A stretch of DNA of 64,000 bases from Methanolinea sp. (GCA_024518585.1 JANIHI010000008.1:6989-70988), one strand, 5' to 3'. Shown: positions 49,423 through 58,716, counted from the stretch's first letter. The notes: generated from the sequence alone by a model not told the origin. Program-made: numbers and translations.

Positions 49423-51000
49423 TCACGCTCCCCCGCCGATGACGGCGGCGATGTACATCCCCTGGTCCGCAAGGGCGTGTGCTGCCGGGGCAACAAGTGT
49501 CTCTACCACGAGGGAGGGAAAGAGCCCAAAGACGATGACCACAAGGGCGAGGATCCCCATCCCCGCGAGCATCGGACCGGGGACTTCCCTGACGTCCTTG
49601 TACTCGGGCAGGACGGGGCCCATGAAGATCGAGTGGAACACCTTGACGAACGAGGCAAGGGTCAGGATACTCACCACCATGGCAATCACGGAGAGGACGG
49701 GGTTGAAAACAAACACTGACTCGTATATCATGAGTTTCGAGGCAAACCCGTTAAAGGGGGGGATCCCGGCAATCGCGAGCGCGCCGATGATGAAAAAGAC
49801 CATGGTCCACTTCATGGAATGCCCAAGCCCCCCCATCTTGTTGAGGTCATAGGTCCCGATCCGGAAGAAAATGGCTCCCGCCGTCAGGAAGAGCAGCCCC
49901 TTGTACATGGCATGGTTGATGATGTGGAAGATCCCCCCCTCCATGGCCATGTACCCGAAGGCCTCGAGGAGAGGCTGGTTGTCGAGCACTGCAAGCCCGA
50001 CTCCCACGCCGAGGAGCATGTACCCCGTCTGCGAGACGGCATGGTAGGCCATCAGGCGTTTCACGTTCTTCTGGGGGATTGCCATTGTTACTCCCACCAC
50101 CATCGAGAGCACGCCGAGGATGATGATGAGCCAGCCGACGCAGGCGGCGTTCAGGGTGATGTTGTAGAGGGAAAACACCGTCCGGAACAGCCCGTAAAGG
50201 CTTGCCTGGCTTGCAACCACAAGGAGGGCAGTGATCGACGAGGGGGCCATCGAGTACGCGTCGGGCGTCCAGAAGTGCATGGGGACGGCCCCGCACTTCA
50301 TGGCGAGGGCAGCGATGATCAGGACAAGGGCGAGCTGGTCCAGGAGGGTAAACTGCATCCTCTGGGCAATGAGGGCCATGTTCAGGGCGTTGTATTCCCC
50401 GTAGTAGATGCCGATTGCAACGAGGATTGCGAGTGCACCAATGGTGCTCAAAACGAAGTACTTGATTGCAGCCTCTACGGCGACACCCCCGTCGATGCGG
50501 AATGCTATCAGGCCCGCCGACGCAATGGAAAGGATCTCGAGGAAGACGAAGAAATTGAAGATATCGCCTGTTGCGACCATCCCGAGGATCCCGGTGACCA
50601 TCAGGAGGAAGAGCGTGTAGTAGCTGCCCAGCCCCGAGTGGTGCCTCTCGCTCGTCAGTGAATAGATGACGACTGCAAACGCCGCGATGGCGGTGATGAC
50701 GAGCATGAGGGCGCTCATCGGGTCCACCGTGAACATGATCCGGACCGGGATGCCGCCCGAGTCCTGGGGCACTGCCAGCGTTGCCGCCTGTGCCCCGAAG
50801 ACGTAGAGCCGCGTGCCGTGTGCGTACACGTCGGACGCGAGGAGGAGGGTGATCGCCGACGTGATCGCCATCGCTCCCCCGACGACCAGCGCCCGGACAG
50901 CGGGTTTCGCTCTGCCCGCAAACGGTGCAATGAACGCTGCGACAAACGGCACGATGATCATCAGGGCGGGCGAGTTCTCGACGACAAACGCGGGGATCAT
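49423..51000 (-). CDS. mbhH: Mbh proton-translocating subunit (MrpD/NuoN-like)
   Basis: GDIFNFFVFLE, PMHFWTPDAY, KRLMAYH, HAMYKG and GIPPFNGFASK motifs. Confidence 0.9.
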   Translation of the reverse strand: MIPAFVVENSPALMIIVPFVAAFIAPFAGRAKPAVRALVVGGAMAITSAITLLLASDVYAHGTRLYVFGAQAATLAVPQDSGGIPVRIMFTVDPMSALMLVITAIAAFAVVIYSLTSERHHSGLGSYYTLFLLMVTGILGMVATGDIFNFFVFLEILSIASAGLIAFRIDGGVAVEAAIKYFVLSTIGALAILVAIGIYYGEYNALNMALIAQRMQFTLLDQLALVLIIAALAMKCGAVPMHFWTPDAYSMAPSSITALLVVASQASLYGLFRTVFSLYNITLNAACVGWLIIILGVLSMVVGVTMAIPQKNVKRLMAYHAVSQTGYMLLGVGVGLAVLDNQPLLEAFGYMAMEGGIFHIINHAMYKGLLFLTAGAIFFRIGTYDLNKMGGLGHSMKWTMVFFIIGALAIAGIPPFNGFASKLMIYESVFVFNPVLSVIAMVVSILTLASFVKVFHSIFMGPVLPEYKDVREVPGPMLAGMGILALVVIVFGLFPSLVVETLVAPAAHALADQGMYIAAVIGGGA

Positions 51001-51350
51001 TCTTTCAGCCTCCGGAGGAACCCGATCTCAATGCTCCCGTACTTCTTCCAGATGATGATGGCAAACGAGAGCAGGAGAGCCGTTGTGGCAACCCCAATCA
51101 CGATCGATGTCAGCGTCAGGGCCTGGGGCGTGGGAAGCACCATCACCCTGTCCGGTGCGTTGGTGTAGATGGGGGCGATGCCGCCTTCCCTGTACCCGAG
51201 CGAGACGAGGAAGAGGTTGACTGCAGATTCGAGGATCATGATCCCGAGGAATATCTTGATGAGGTTTTGTTTGAGGACGATTGTCCCAAGGCCGATGATG
51301 GTGAGAACGACAACGGCCACGTACGGGAGATTGTAAAGCACCATTGTCAC
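50997..51350 (-). CDS. mbhG: Mbh subunit G (MrpC-like)
   Basis: NLIKI and PQALTLTSIVIG motifs. Confidence 0.88.
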   Translation of the reverse strand: MTMVLYNLPYVAVVVLTIIGLGTIVLKQNLIKIFLGIMILESAVNLFLVSLGYREGGIAPIYTNAPDRVMVLPTPQALTLTSIVIGVATTALLLSFAIIIWKKYGSIEIGFLRRLKE

Positions 51351-51814
51351 GTCCTCTCACCCCCGGTCGCGGAGAACAGGTACACGAGGATGATCGCAAG
51401 ACCTCCCCAGACCTCCACCCCGACTGCGATGTTCATGACGGGGATGACACCCGCGGTGTTCAGGTCGCCCGGGTTTGGGCCCGGCGGGACCGGCAGCCCG
51501 AAGAGGAGACCGCTGTTGGCAAGGATGTTGGCAAAGAACGGCGCCCCTGCGAGCAGCCCCAGTATCCCGGCACCAATGAACAGGAGGAGGCCGAGCGATT
51601 CCTGGGCCGACAAGAATGCCTTTCTGACCATCCCGGCGATCTCCTCGTGCGAGAACGCGACGAGGACGAGGGCCGCAGCCGTCGCGATCACTGCCCCGCC
51701 CTGGAAACCCCCTCCCGGTGTCAGGTGGCCGTGAACGACCACGTAGAGACCAAAGATGATGATGAGCGGGTAGAGGATACACGCCCCGGTCCGCACGATC
51801 TTACTCATCCTCAT
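51347..51814 (-). CDS. mbhF: Mbh subunit F (MrpB-like)
   Basis: [13 protein letters not shown] motif. Confidence 0.88.
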   Translation of the reverse strand: MRMSKIVRTGACILYPLIIIFGLYVVVHGHLTPGGGFQGGAVIATAAALVLVAFSHEEIAGMVRKAFLSAQESLGLLLFIGAGILGLLAGAPFFANILANSGLLFGLPVPPGPNPGDLNTAGVIPVMNIAVGVEVWGGLAIILVYLFSATGGERT

Positions 51815-52085
51815 GTTCCTCACCCTCCTTCCTCGCCCGGAACATGAGTGCCACGCCGGTCACGGCTGTAAAGAGCACCACGGACTCTCCGAGGGTATCG
51901 AACCCCCTGAAGTCGAACACGATCGATGTGACGATGTTATTTGCAGCAGCAGCCGCCTGGCCGGTCCTGATGAAATAAGTGTCCATGTCTGTTGCAGCAG
52001 GGTCCCCAAACGAGAGGAAGAGGGGTATGGTACACAGACCTGCTGCCCAGACGAGAAATATTGCGGCAACGAGGACCTTTTTCAT
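51801..52085 (-). CDS. mbhE: Mbh subunit E
   Basis: [18 protein letters not shown] motif. Confidence 0.88.
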   Translation of the reverse strand: MKKVLVAAIFLVWAAGLCTIPLFLSFGDPAATDMDTYFIRTGQAAAAANNIVTSIVFDFRGFDTLGESVVLFTAVTGVALMFRARKEGEEHEDE

Positions 52086-52336
52086 GGGGTCTCCCCCTCG
52101 AACCGTGTCGTGGCCCGGATCGCGATGATGAAGATAGCTGTTGTCAGTCCTGCACCGATCGCTGCCTGAGAGATCGCGACGTCGGGGGCCTGGAGGATAT
52201 AGAACTCAAGGGAGACGAGGAACGAGAAGAATCCCGCGGCGAGGGCGGCTGCAAGCAGGTCCTTAAAGGAATAGACCAGAATAGCAGAGACTATCAAGCC
52301 GCCGATGACCGCGAGCTGGATGAGTGATTCGATCAT
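52082..52336 (-). CDS. mbhD: Mbh subunit D (DUF4040-like)
   Basis: [16 protein letters not shown] motif. Confidence 0.88.
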   Translation of the reverse strand: MIESLIQLAVIGGLIVSAILVYSFKDLLAAALAAGFFSFLVSLEFYILQAPDVAISQAAIGAGLTTAIFIIAIRATTRFEGETP

Positions 52337-52689
52337 GGAGGCACCTCCGCGAGGCGGTCGATCACTGCCTGTGCCGGCATGATCCCTGACCGGTGTGCGC
52401 CGCGTGCGATGGCATGGGACCCGATGGCGTTGGTGACCGCAAGGGCGAGTGCGGCAAGGACGGTGTGGAGGGAGAGGGTGATGTACTGCCCGTCCCCTGT
52501 GCCGATGAACTGGCTGGCACCGTAGATGATGACGGAAAGTGCCGTGAAGACGGACCCGAACGTCGTCATCTTTGTCGTTGCATGCATCCTCGTATAAACA
52601 TCGGGGAAACGCAGGAGGCCGATGATCCCGAGGCAGTTGAAGGTAGTGCCGATGACAAGGCAGGCAACGACGAGGAACTCGGCGATCAC
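52333..52689 (-). CDS. mbhC: Mbh subunit C (MrpG-like)
   Basis: GLLRFPDVYTRMHATTK and SHAIARGA motifs. Confidence 0.9.
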   Translation of the reverse strand: MIAEFLVVACLVIGTTFNCLGIIGLLRFPDVYTRMHATTKMTTFGSVFTALSVIIYGASQFIGTGDGQYITLSLHTVLAALALAVTNAIGSHAIARGAHRSGIMPAQAVIDRLAEVPP

Positions 52690-52943
52690 AGTTCACCCCC
52701 GATGTACTTAGCGACATAGAGCGTGCTCACGAAGGAGAGGAGTGCGTACACGATGGCAACGTCGATGAAGATGATCTGCTGGTAGACCACGCCAAGAACG
52801 ATGAGGGCGGCAACCACGAGCGTATTGACGGTATCGACGGCAACGGCACGGTCGGCGATGGTCGGCCCGAGGACGAGCCGGACGAGTGCGAGGCAGACGA
52901 GCACGAGGAGGATGAATACGGCTATATCGAAGGGAACTGTCAT
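52686..52943 (-). CDS. mbhB: Mbh subunit B (MrpF-like)
   Basis: GPTIADRAVAVD and DVAIVYALLSF motifs. Confidence 0.9.
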   Translation of the reverse strand: MTVPFDIAVFILLVLVCLALVRLVLGPTIADRAVAVDTVNTLVVAALIVLGVVYQQIIFIDVAIVYALLSFVSTLYVAKYIGGEL

Positions 52944-53467
52944 TCGGCAATCCTCCGTATCCATGCCGGGATGTTTGCAAGCCAAAACAACTTCCGCGCT
53001 TCCACCGAGGATCGGGTCTCCCAGCCTTCCGGGACGTTGATGTTATGGACGAAGAGGTCGTTTGTCTCCTCGCCGATGTCAACGGTTATAGTCCCGGGGG
53101 TAAGTGTGATGGAATTGGCCAGGAGAAAGGCACCGAGGTCCGTCCTCATGCCTGACGGTACCCTGATGATGCCAGGCCGGATCTTTCCCGTGATGACACG
53201 GTATGCCACGTCGAGGTTGGCCCTTGTCACCTCGATGAAAAACGGCCCGAGCAGGTAGACGGGCAGGATGAGGAGGCGGACAGGATTTGCCATCCTGTAG
53301 TCCTTTCCCCGACAGAGGACCTTTCCTGCGACTGCTGCCGTGAGGAGAGCGAGCAGGACACCTGCCAGAAGTTCAGATGGTGACCACAGCCAGAGCGTGC
53401 CGCTCCCGGCTGAAAAGACGAGGTAGAGGAGGAGGGCCATGATGAAGGTAACCAGATAGGCTATCAT
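52940..53467 (-). CDS. mbhA: Mbh subunit A (MrpE-like)
   Basis: ANLDVA, PGII and LANSITLTPGT motifs. Confidence 0.9.
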   Translation of the reverse strand: MIAYLVTFIMALLLYLVFSAGSGTLWLWSPSELLAGVLLALLTAAVAGKVLCRGKDYRMANPVRLLILPVYLLGPFFIEVTRANLDVAYRVITGKIRPGIIRVPSGMRTDLGAFLLANSITLTPGTITVDIGEETNDLFVHNINVPEGWETRSSVEARKLFWLANIPAWIRRIAE

Positions 53468-53817
53468 CCGGGCCCTCCGCACCGATGCTGTATTCGTCCG
53501 ATATGTGCCTTGATCGTCATGGGAATCACGGAGGGTTCTCGGGTGCCGGGGGCCAGTATCTCCCGGCTTTCTCCTGGGGCCCCGGTCCTGGGGCCCCCGA
53601 GATCCTTTCGCGGGAACAATACATCATGATTGATAATGAAGATACCGGAAAGAATCATCTCTTCCGGCGAATGGTGTAATTTTTCCCCGTTAACCGTCGG
53701 ATAATACGGCTCTCTCCGGCCGTTTAATCTTCCGGGAATTCTCTTTGCACTGTCTCGGCCGGGAACGTTGCATACCCGTGGATATTTATGGAAAGATCGG
53801 CACACGTCTAAGGTGCG

Positions 53818-55230
53818 ATGCCGTCCCCCCTCTCTTTCAAGGGAATGCTCTGGTGGTGCGACACGTGCCACACACCCGTCCTCTCGCGCGGGTGCTCGCG
53901 GTGCGGTGGAGTGACACGGAGGGTCATGCTCACGCCACCGGGGGATCCGCGACCGGCATTTCCTGCTGACGTGGCCCTTGTGAACCAGGTCTATTCCGAC
54001 CATTTCGGGTCCCCCCTTGTCCCGGACGGTCACCTCGCCCTCCTCAACAAGGTCCCTGATACAGACCGCATGGAAGAGGTGATCGTGGGGGGAGGGGTTG
54101 TCGGGGCGATACGCTACATCCCGGGGGAAGGGCGATGGGAGGCGATCCCGCGCATGGAATCGTTCGGACTCTCTGCCCCGGCCAGGAAGTGGGTGGTCGC
54201 TGACAACGGGGCAGCAGCTGCGATCAGGGACCGGTCTGCAAGCCTGCTCGCCCCGGGCCTCGCCGGGATCGAGCCCTCGGTCATGAAGGGCGATGAGGTT
54301 TTTGTCCTCGACGAAAAGGGAGAGTGCATTGCCGTCGGCCGGGCACGTGTTGACGCAGCCGTTGCAGAATCGATGGAACGGGGACTTGTCGTCAGGACCC
54401 GGCGGACATTTTCATCTGTCTGTGTCCCGGGGAAGGCAACGTGGGAAGATGCCGTGGCAGCAAATGCAGGGCCTCTTGCCGAACACGAGGAGGAGGCAAT
54501 CAGCTTCGTGAAAAACGTTGCACGGGGTCATGGCAGTCTCCCCCCGAATGTCTCCTATTCGGGTGGAAAGGACAGCCTCGTGACACTGATCCTCGTGACA
54601 AAAGCCCTCGGCGACGTTCCCCTCCTCTTTGCAGACACGGGTCTTGAGTTTCCCGAGACGTACGACAACGTCCGGGAGGTGGCTGCACACTTTGGCCTCC
54701 CTGTCACAGTGGCCCGGGGCAGCGAGGCGTTCTGGGAGGCTTTTTCGACCAGGGGGCCCCCTGCACGTGATTTCCGGTGGTGTTGCCGGGCAGCAAAACT
54801 TGAACCTGTCGACGGGGTCATCAGGAACACGTGGGGCGAGTGCCTCTCCTTCATCGGGCAGCGGAAGTTCGAATCGTCGCGGAGGATGGCAAGTCACCGC
54901 GTGTGGAGGAACCCGCACATCCCTGCCCAGGTCTCGGCGGCACCCATCCACCACTGGACGGCCTTGCACGTCTGGCTGTACCTCTTTCGTGAGAAAGCAC
55001 CGTATAACCGCCTCTACGAGCAGGGAGTCGACAGGATTGGGTGTTTCATGTGCCCTTCGAGCGACCTTGCCGTCATCCGACACGTCATCTCCCGCTACCC
55101 GTCCCTTTGGGAGAAGTGGGACGCTCATTTGAGAGAATGGCAGAAGGCCCGCGGCCTCCCCGATTCCTGGGTGGAAGGTGCCGGCTGGCGGGTCAGGGGT
55201 GTTTCCGGTGAAGAAGATTACAATTGTTGA
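53818..55230 (+). CDS. PAPS-reductase family protein with Zn-ribbon and PUA domains
   Basis: N-terminal CxxC pairs, PUA LLAPG, SYSGGKDS, DTGLEFPET, RWCC and RIGCFMCP motifs. Confidence 0.88.
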   Translation: MPSPLSFKGMLWWCDTCHTPVLSRGCSRCGGVTRRVMLTPPGDPRPAFPADVALVNQVYSDHFGSPLVPDGHLALLNKVPDTDRMEEVIVGGGVVGAIRYIPGEGRWEAIPRMESFGLSAPARKWVVADNGAAAAIRDRSASLLAPGLAGIEPSVMKGDEVFVLDEKGECIAVGRARVDAAVAESMERGLVVRTRRTFSSVCVPGKATWEDAVAANAGPLAEHEEEAISFVKNVARGHGSLPPNVSYSGGKDSLVTLILVTKALGDVPLLFADTGLEFPETYDNVREVAAHFGLPVTVARGSEAFWEAFSTRGPPARDFRWCCRAAKLEPVDGVIRNTWGECLSFIGQRKFESSRRMASHRVWRNPHIPAQVSAAPIHHWTALHVWLYLFREKAPYNRLYEQGVDRIGCFMCPSSDLAVIRHVISRYPSLWEKWDAHLREWQKARGLPDSWVEGAGWRVRGVSGEEDYNC

Positions 55231-55816
55231 TTACGGTCTTGGAAACTTACGGTCGGTCTTCCGGGGTCTCGAAAAGGCCGGGGGAAGACCGGTTATCACG
55301 ACGGACCCGGCAGACGTGGCCTCTGCCAACGGGGTCGTCCTGCCGGGTGTCGGGGCATTCCGCGACGGCATGGAGCAGCTGGGGGACCTCCGGGCCGTTA
55401 TCCTCGAGGCATCACGGTCGGTCCCGCTGCTCGGGATATGCCTGGGGATGCAGATGATGCTCGAATGGAGCGAGGAACAGGGACTGCACAGGGGGCTCGC
55501 ACTCGTCCCCGGGACCGTGCGCCGGTTCCCCCGGGCCAGTGGGTTCAAGGTCCCCCACATGGGGTGGAACTCGCTCTCCCATGTCCGCGAGGACAATCCA
55601 CTCTTCGAGGGGATTCGGGCCGGCGATTACATGTATTTTGTCCACTCCTACTATGCCGATACAGAAGCGAGGTACACCCTTGCCCAAACGGAATACATCC
55701 TCCAGTTTGCATCGTCGATATGGGACGAACGGTATGTCTTTGGGGTCCAGTTCCATCCCGAGAAGAGTGGCACTCGCGGTCTTAGCCTCCTGAAAAGTTT
55801 CCTCGACCTCCTGTGA
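55208..55816 (+). CDS. hisH: Imidazole glycerol phosphate synthase glutaminase subunit
   Basis: DYGLGNLRS, LPGVG, GICLGMQ, PHMGWN, FVHSY and QFHPEKS motifs. Confidence 0.95.
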   Translation: MKKITIVDYGLGNLRSVFRGLEKAGGRPVITTDPADVASANGVVLPGVGAFRDGMEQLGDLRAVILEASRSVPLLGICLGMQMMLEWSEEQGLHRGLALVPGTVRRFPRASGFKVPHMGWNSLSHVREDNPLFEGIRAGDYMYFVHSYYADTEARYTLAQTEYILQFASSIWDERYVFGVQFHPEKSGTRGLSLLKSFLDLL

Positions 55817-55969
55817 CGAAAATTAAAAAACCCGGACAGTGACCGCCTGGACATCTTTTCGTCTCCCGTCCTCTCGTGTCCTTGCACAACGTAAGTTGGG
55901 TATTCTTCCCCCAGGGCACGCCCCCCTCCAGGGGCAAACCATATCAGAGATACCGGCCCATTTGTCACC

Positions 55970-56524
55970 ATGTTTTCCTGGCTCCGTTCCCACATGCGTG
56001 TGCTGGCGGAGCTCTCGCGTGCGATTCTATTCCTGTTTACCTTTGTACTCGCGGTCCCCCTCCTTCTGGGTGCCATCCTCGGAATTCCGGAGGGCAAAAT
56101 CCTCCCGCTCATCGCATCTGCGTTCATCCTTCAGGGGGCTGCACCTCCCCTCGGGCATCCCCTCGGGCTTGCTGACCCTGTCATCATCGCCCTGATGGCG
56201 TCCTTTGCAGTCGGTGTGGTGACCTGCATCCTCGAGGTCTGCGATGCCCTCTCCCTGACATCAGAACGGGTTGCACGCTGGATCCGGAAAGTCGGGGAGA
56301 GTATGGAGAAACACCCATCGATTCGCTCGTACGGGGCCATCTCCTGCATCTTCATCGCGTGGATACCCGGGATCGGGCTCTACGGCACTCCCGTCATTGC
56401 CTGGATTCTGGGATGGCAAAAAATCCCAACCATCATCTTCACGACGGCAGGTTTCGTGATCGCTTCCGGACTTGTCCTCACGGTGACGGTTTTTGCCGAG
56501 AGTATTCACCACGTCTTCTTCTGA
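55970..56524 (+). CDS. Small multidrug export-like membrane protein
   Basis: Hydrophobic protein with WIPGIGLYGTPVIAWILG, resembling the COG2426-like gene at 38772. Confidence 0.65.
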   Translation: MFSWLRSHMRVLAELSRAILFLFTFVLAVPLLLGAILGIPEGKILPLIASAFILQGAAPPLGHPLGLADPVIIALMASFAVGVVTCILEVCDALSLTSERVARWIRKVGESMEKHPSIRSYGAISCIFIAWIPGIGLYGTPVIAWILGWQKIPTIIFTTAGFVIASGLVLTVTVFAESIHHVFF

Positions 56525-56618
56525 TACCATTTCCGGTACATAGAGACCCATGGACAGGATTCGAGCCGGGAGACGTCTGACGCAAAATTTTTCCCCGGAG
56601 CCACAATCAGAAAAAAAA

Positions 56619-56930
56619 TTATTCACCCGGGTTTTCCGTTGTGAGGTGGAGAGTGATGATCCCGTTGCATGCCTTGCATGCATAGAACTTTTCCGTCCAG
56701 CAGGAGGCACAGGCCCACCTCCCGCAGAGGGCACATTGCCTTAAGTCTTTCTTGGGGAATGTGTTGTTGCAGAGGTCGCATGAATAGCGGGAGAAACTGG
56801 CGGGGTCCCGTTCGGGGGAGTCCCCCTGCCTCCTCACCCTCTGGATATCCTTCCTGATGCGGGAGATGAGGTCTTCCCCCCTCTTTTTTTCCGGAAGACT
56901 ACCGTGGGACCTGCTTTTCCAGAGCCTCAA
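56619..56930 (-). CDS. 8-Cys cross-brace zinc-finger protein (FYVE-like spacing), start uncertain
   Basis: CDLC-x11-CALCGRWACASC-x7-CKAC. Confidence 0.7.
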   Translation of the reverse strand: MRLWKSRSHGSLPEKKRGEDLISRIRKDIQRVRRQGDSPERDPASFSRYSCDLCNNTFPKKDLRQCALCGRWACASCWTEKFYACKACNGIITLHLTTENPGE

Positions 56931-57237
56931 TCCTCTCCTCCAGCCTGTTTAGTTCTTCGCCGAAATCCTTTTCGAAGGCCTTGAGCGCTGCCATCCTCTC
57001 CTCGTCCCTTGCGAGGAGGGTCATCTTTTCGTCCCTGAACTGCTCTGCCTGGGGACGCCGGACGAGCGACCATTCCTCGATGAGCATGTCGAATTTCCGG
57101 TCGAGGTACTCGTCGATCCGGCTCTCCAGCGGGCGGGATATATCCAGCCTGCCGGTCGACCCCCGCAAGTAATAGTAGAGGGTAAAGGCAATGAGAACGA
57201 TGAGAATGAGGACGAGGAGCCCTTCGATGATTGTCAT
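56899..57237 (-). CDS. N-terminally anchored coiled-coil protein (YxDR/EWxL family)
   Basis: TM helix, then IDEYLDRKFDMLIEEWSLV and heptads. Confidence 0.8.
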   Translation of the reverse strand: MTIIEGLLVLILIVLIAFTLYYYLRGSTGRLDISRPLESRIDEYLDRKFDMLIEEWSLVRRPQAEQFRDEKMTLLARDEERMAALKAFEKDFGEELNRLEERIEALEKQVPR

Positions 57238-57455
57238 TGTCGCCTCCCCCTGATATACTCGAGCCTCTTTTCAAGTTCGGTGAGCTTTGCCGAGGCCGTC
57301 GCCTCGAACCCTGCACACATCCGCGCCTCCTCTTCGAGTACGGAGAGGCGGGATACGAGGTCGCCGAGGTCCCGCCGGGTTGCGAGATCCCATTCCTCGA
57401 TCAGGTACTTCATGCGTCGGTCCACGTAGGAGCCGAGGTAGTCCGGGCGCTTCAT
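57234..57455 (-). CDS. Small coiled-coil protein (YxDR/EWxL family)
   Basis: LGSYVDRRMKYLIEEWDLAT plus heptads, with ATGA overlaps on both sides. Confidence 0.8.
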   Translation of the reverse strand: MKRPDYLGSYVDRRMKYLIEEWDLATRRDLGDLVSRLSVLEEEARMCAGFEATASAKLTELEKRLEYIRGRRQ

Positions 57456-57760
57456 TGCCCCTCGAGCCCCCTCAACTCTTTTTTGAGGGCAGCAGCCCTC
57501 TTTTCGAGTGCATTTCTGTTCTTCTCGAGGAGATCGATCTGCCCGTGGACACGATCAAGCCTCCGTTCCAGGTTTTTCAAGTGGATGGAGGTTACGAGCC
57601 CCCACTCGCTGATAATTGCCGGGAAATTCCGGTCGAAGTACTCGTCGAGCCCCCTGTCCATCGTCGGGAGGTGCTCATCGATGACTGCCGGGATCTCCTT
57701 TATCGATTCCAGTACGGGGTACTTCTCAATTGTCCTGCCGGGAGTCTCGTATTCGGCCAT
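57452..57760 (-). CDS. Small coiled-coil protein (YxDR/EWxL family)
   Basis: LDEYFDRNFPAIISEWGLVT plus heptads. Confidence 0.8.
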   Translation of the reverse strand: MAEYETPGRTIEKYPVLESIKEIPAVIDEHLPTMDRGLDEYFDRNFPAIISEWGLVTSIHLKNLERRLDRVHGQIDLLEKNRNALEKRAAALKKELRGLEGQ

Positions 57761-57764
57761 TGTC

Positions 57765-58148
57765 TCACCCCAACCTCTCCTCTTCGCGTTTTATCTTCTC
57801 TATCATCCGGTCGAGCTTTGTCAAGGCAACCTTGCTCTCGAGGCGCTTCAACCGTTTTTCAACGGCAGTATGCCGCGCAAGGATGTCAGTCTCCAGTCCC
57901 GCGTTCTCGTCATCGAGCTGCCTCAGTTCCTCGAGGTCCGCCGGGGCTATCCTGAAGAACGGGCGTCCCCTCTGTTCCATGTCCGCCTTCAGGAGGTTGA
58001 TCTTCTCCCGCTCGAGTTCAAGCTGGGCGAGCCGTGTCCGGGAGTAGACAAGGCGCATCTCCCGGATGATAAAGTAAACGATAACCAGACCAACAAGGAA
58101 GAAAATGACCGGGAGAGACTTTTCAAACAGCACCCACGCATCTGTCAT
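57765..58148 (-). CDS. N-terminally anchored coiled-coil protein
   Basis: TM LPVIFFLVGLVIVYFII followed by two long charged helices. Confidence 0.8.
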   Translation of the reverse strand: MTDAWVLFEKSLPVIFFLVGLVIVYFIIREMRLVYSRTRLAQLELEREKINLLKADMEQRGRPFFRIAPADLEELRQLDDENAGLETDILARHTAVEKRLKRLESKVALTKLDRMIEKIKREEERLG

Positions 58149-58167
58149 GTATCAGGACCCCCGGATC

Positions 58168-58596
58168 TCAGAGGCTCTTTTCGTGAAGGCCTTTCTTAAC
58201 GGATTCAACTTCTTTTTCCACCGTCCCCTTTACCGAGGCTGTCTTGCTGGAAATTGTCTCCCTGGCTTTCTTCACATCCGCTTTTAAGGTCTCCCTAGTC
58301 TCCTCCGCGGTCTTTTTCATGCGTTCTCCCACTGGAGGCCTCCGCGTCACGTTCACCTCCGATCCTGACCGTGCCCCCACCTGGGCCATATCATCCGGGC
58401 TTAACCTGATATACCCAACCTCGACGAGCGTATCGGCAAAGACCGTGACCACGACAGGTTTTTTGCCACCCGGGGCAGAGACCTCGACCTCGTCTCCCTC
58501 GCCGATCCCGAGAGACTTTAAATGGCTCTCGTTCAGCCGTGCCCGTCCCCTGCTGGGAAATGCCCTTTCCTGGACTTTCAACGTGATTGAATCCAT
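58168..58596 (-). CDS. Stand-alone CDC48/VAT N-domain (double-psi beta-barrel) protein with a helical tail
   Basis: LKVQER...GRARLN...LGIGEGDEVEV...IRLS...GARSGSEVNV, with no AAA domain. TTTTATAG box at 58620-58627. Confidence 0.7.
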   Translation of the reverse strand: MDSITLKVQERAFPSRGRARLNESHLKSLGIGEGDEVEVSAPGGKKPVVVTVFADTLVEVGYIRLSPDDMAQVGARSGSEVNVTRRPPVGERMKKTAEETRETLKADVKKARETISSKTASVKGTVEKEVESVKKGLHEKSL

Positions 58597-58716
58597 ATGG
58601 GGGAGATTATGCTTGGGTACTATAAAACCTCTCCCGGGCTTGGGTTTGACACGATCGGCGGGATGCCCCTGATATCCAGCAGAAACTAATTATCTTCTGT
58701 GCACAGAGACGTTTCC

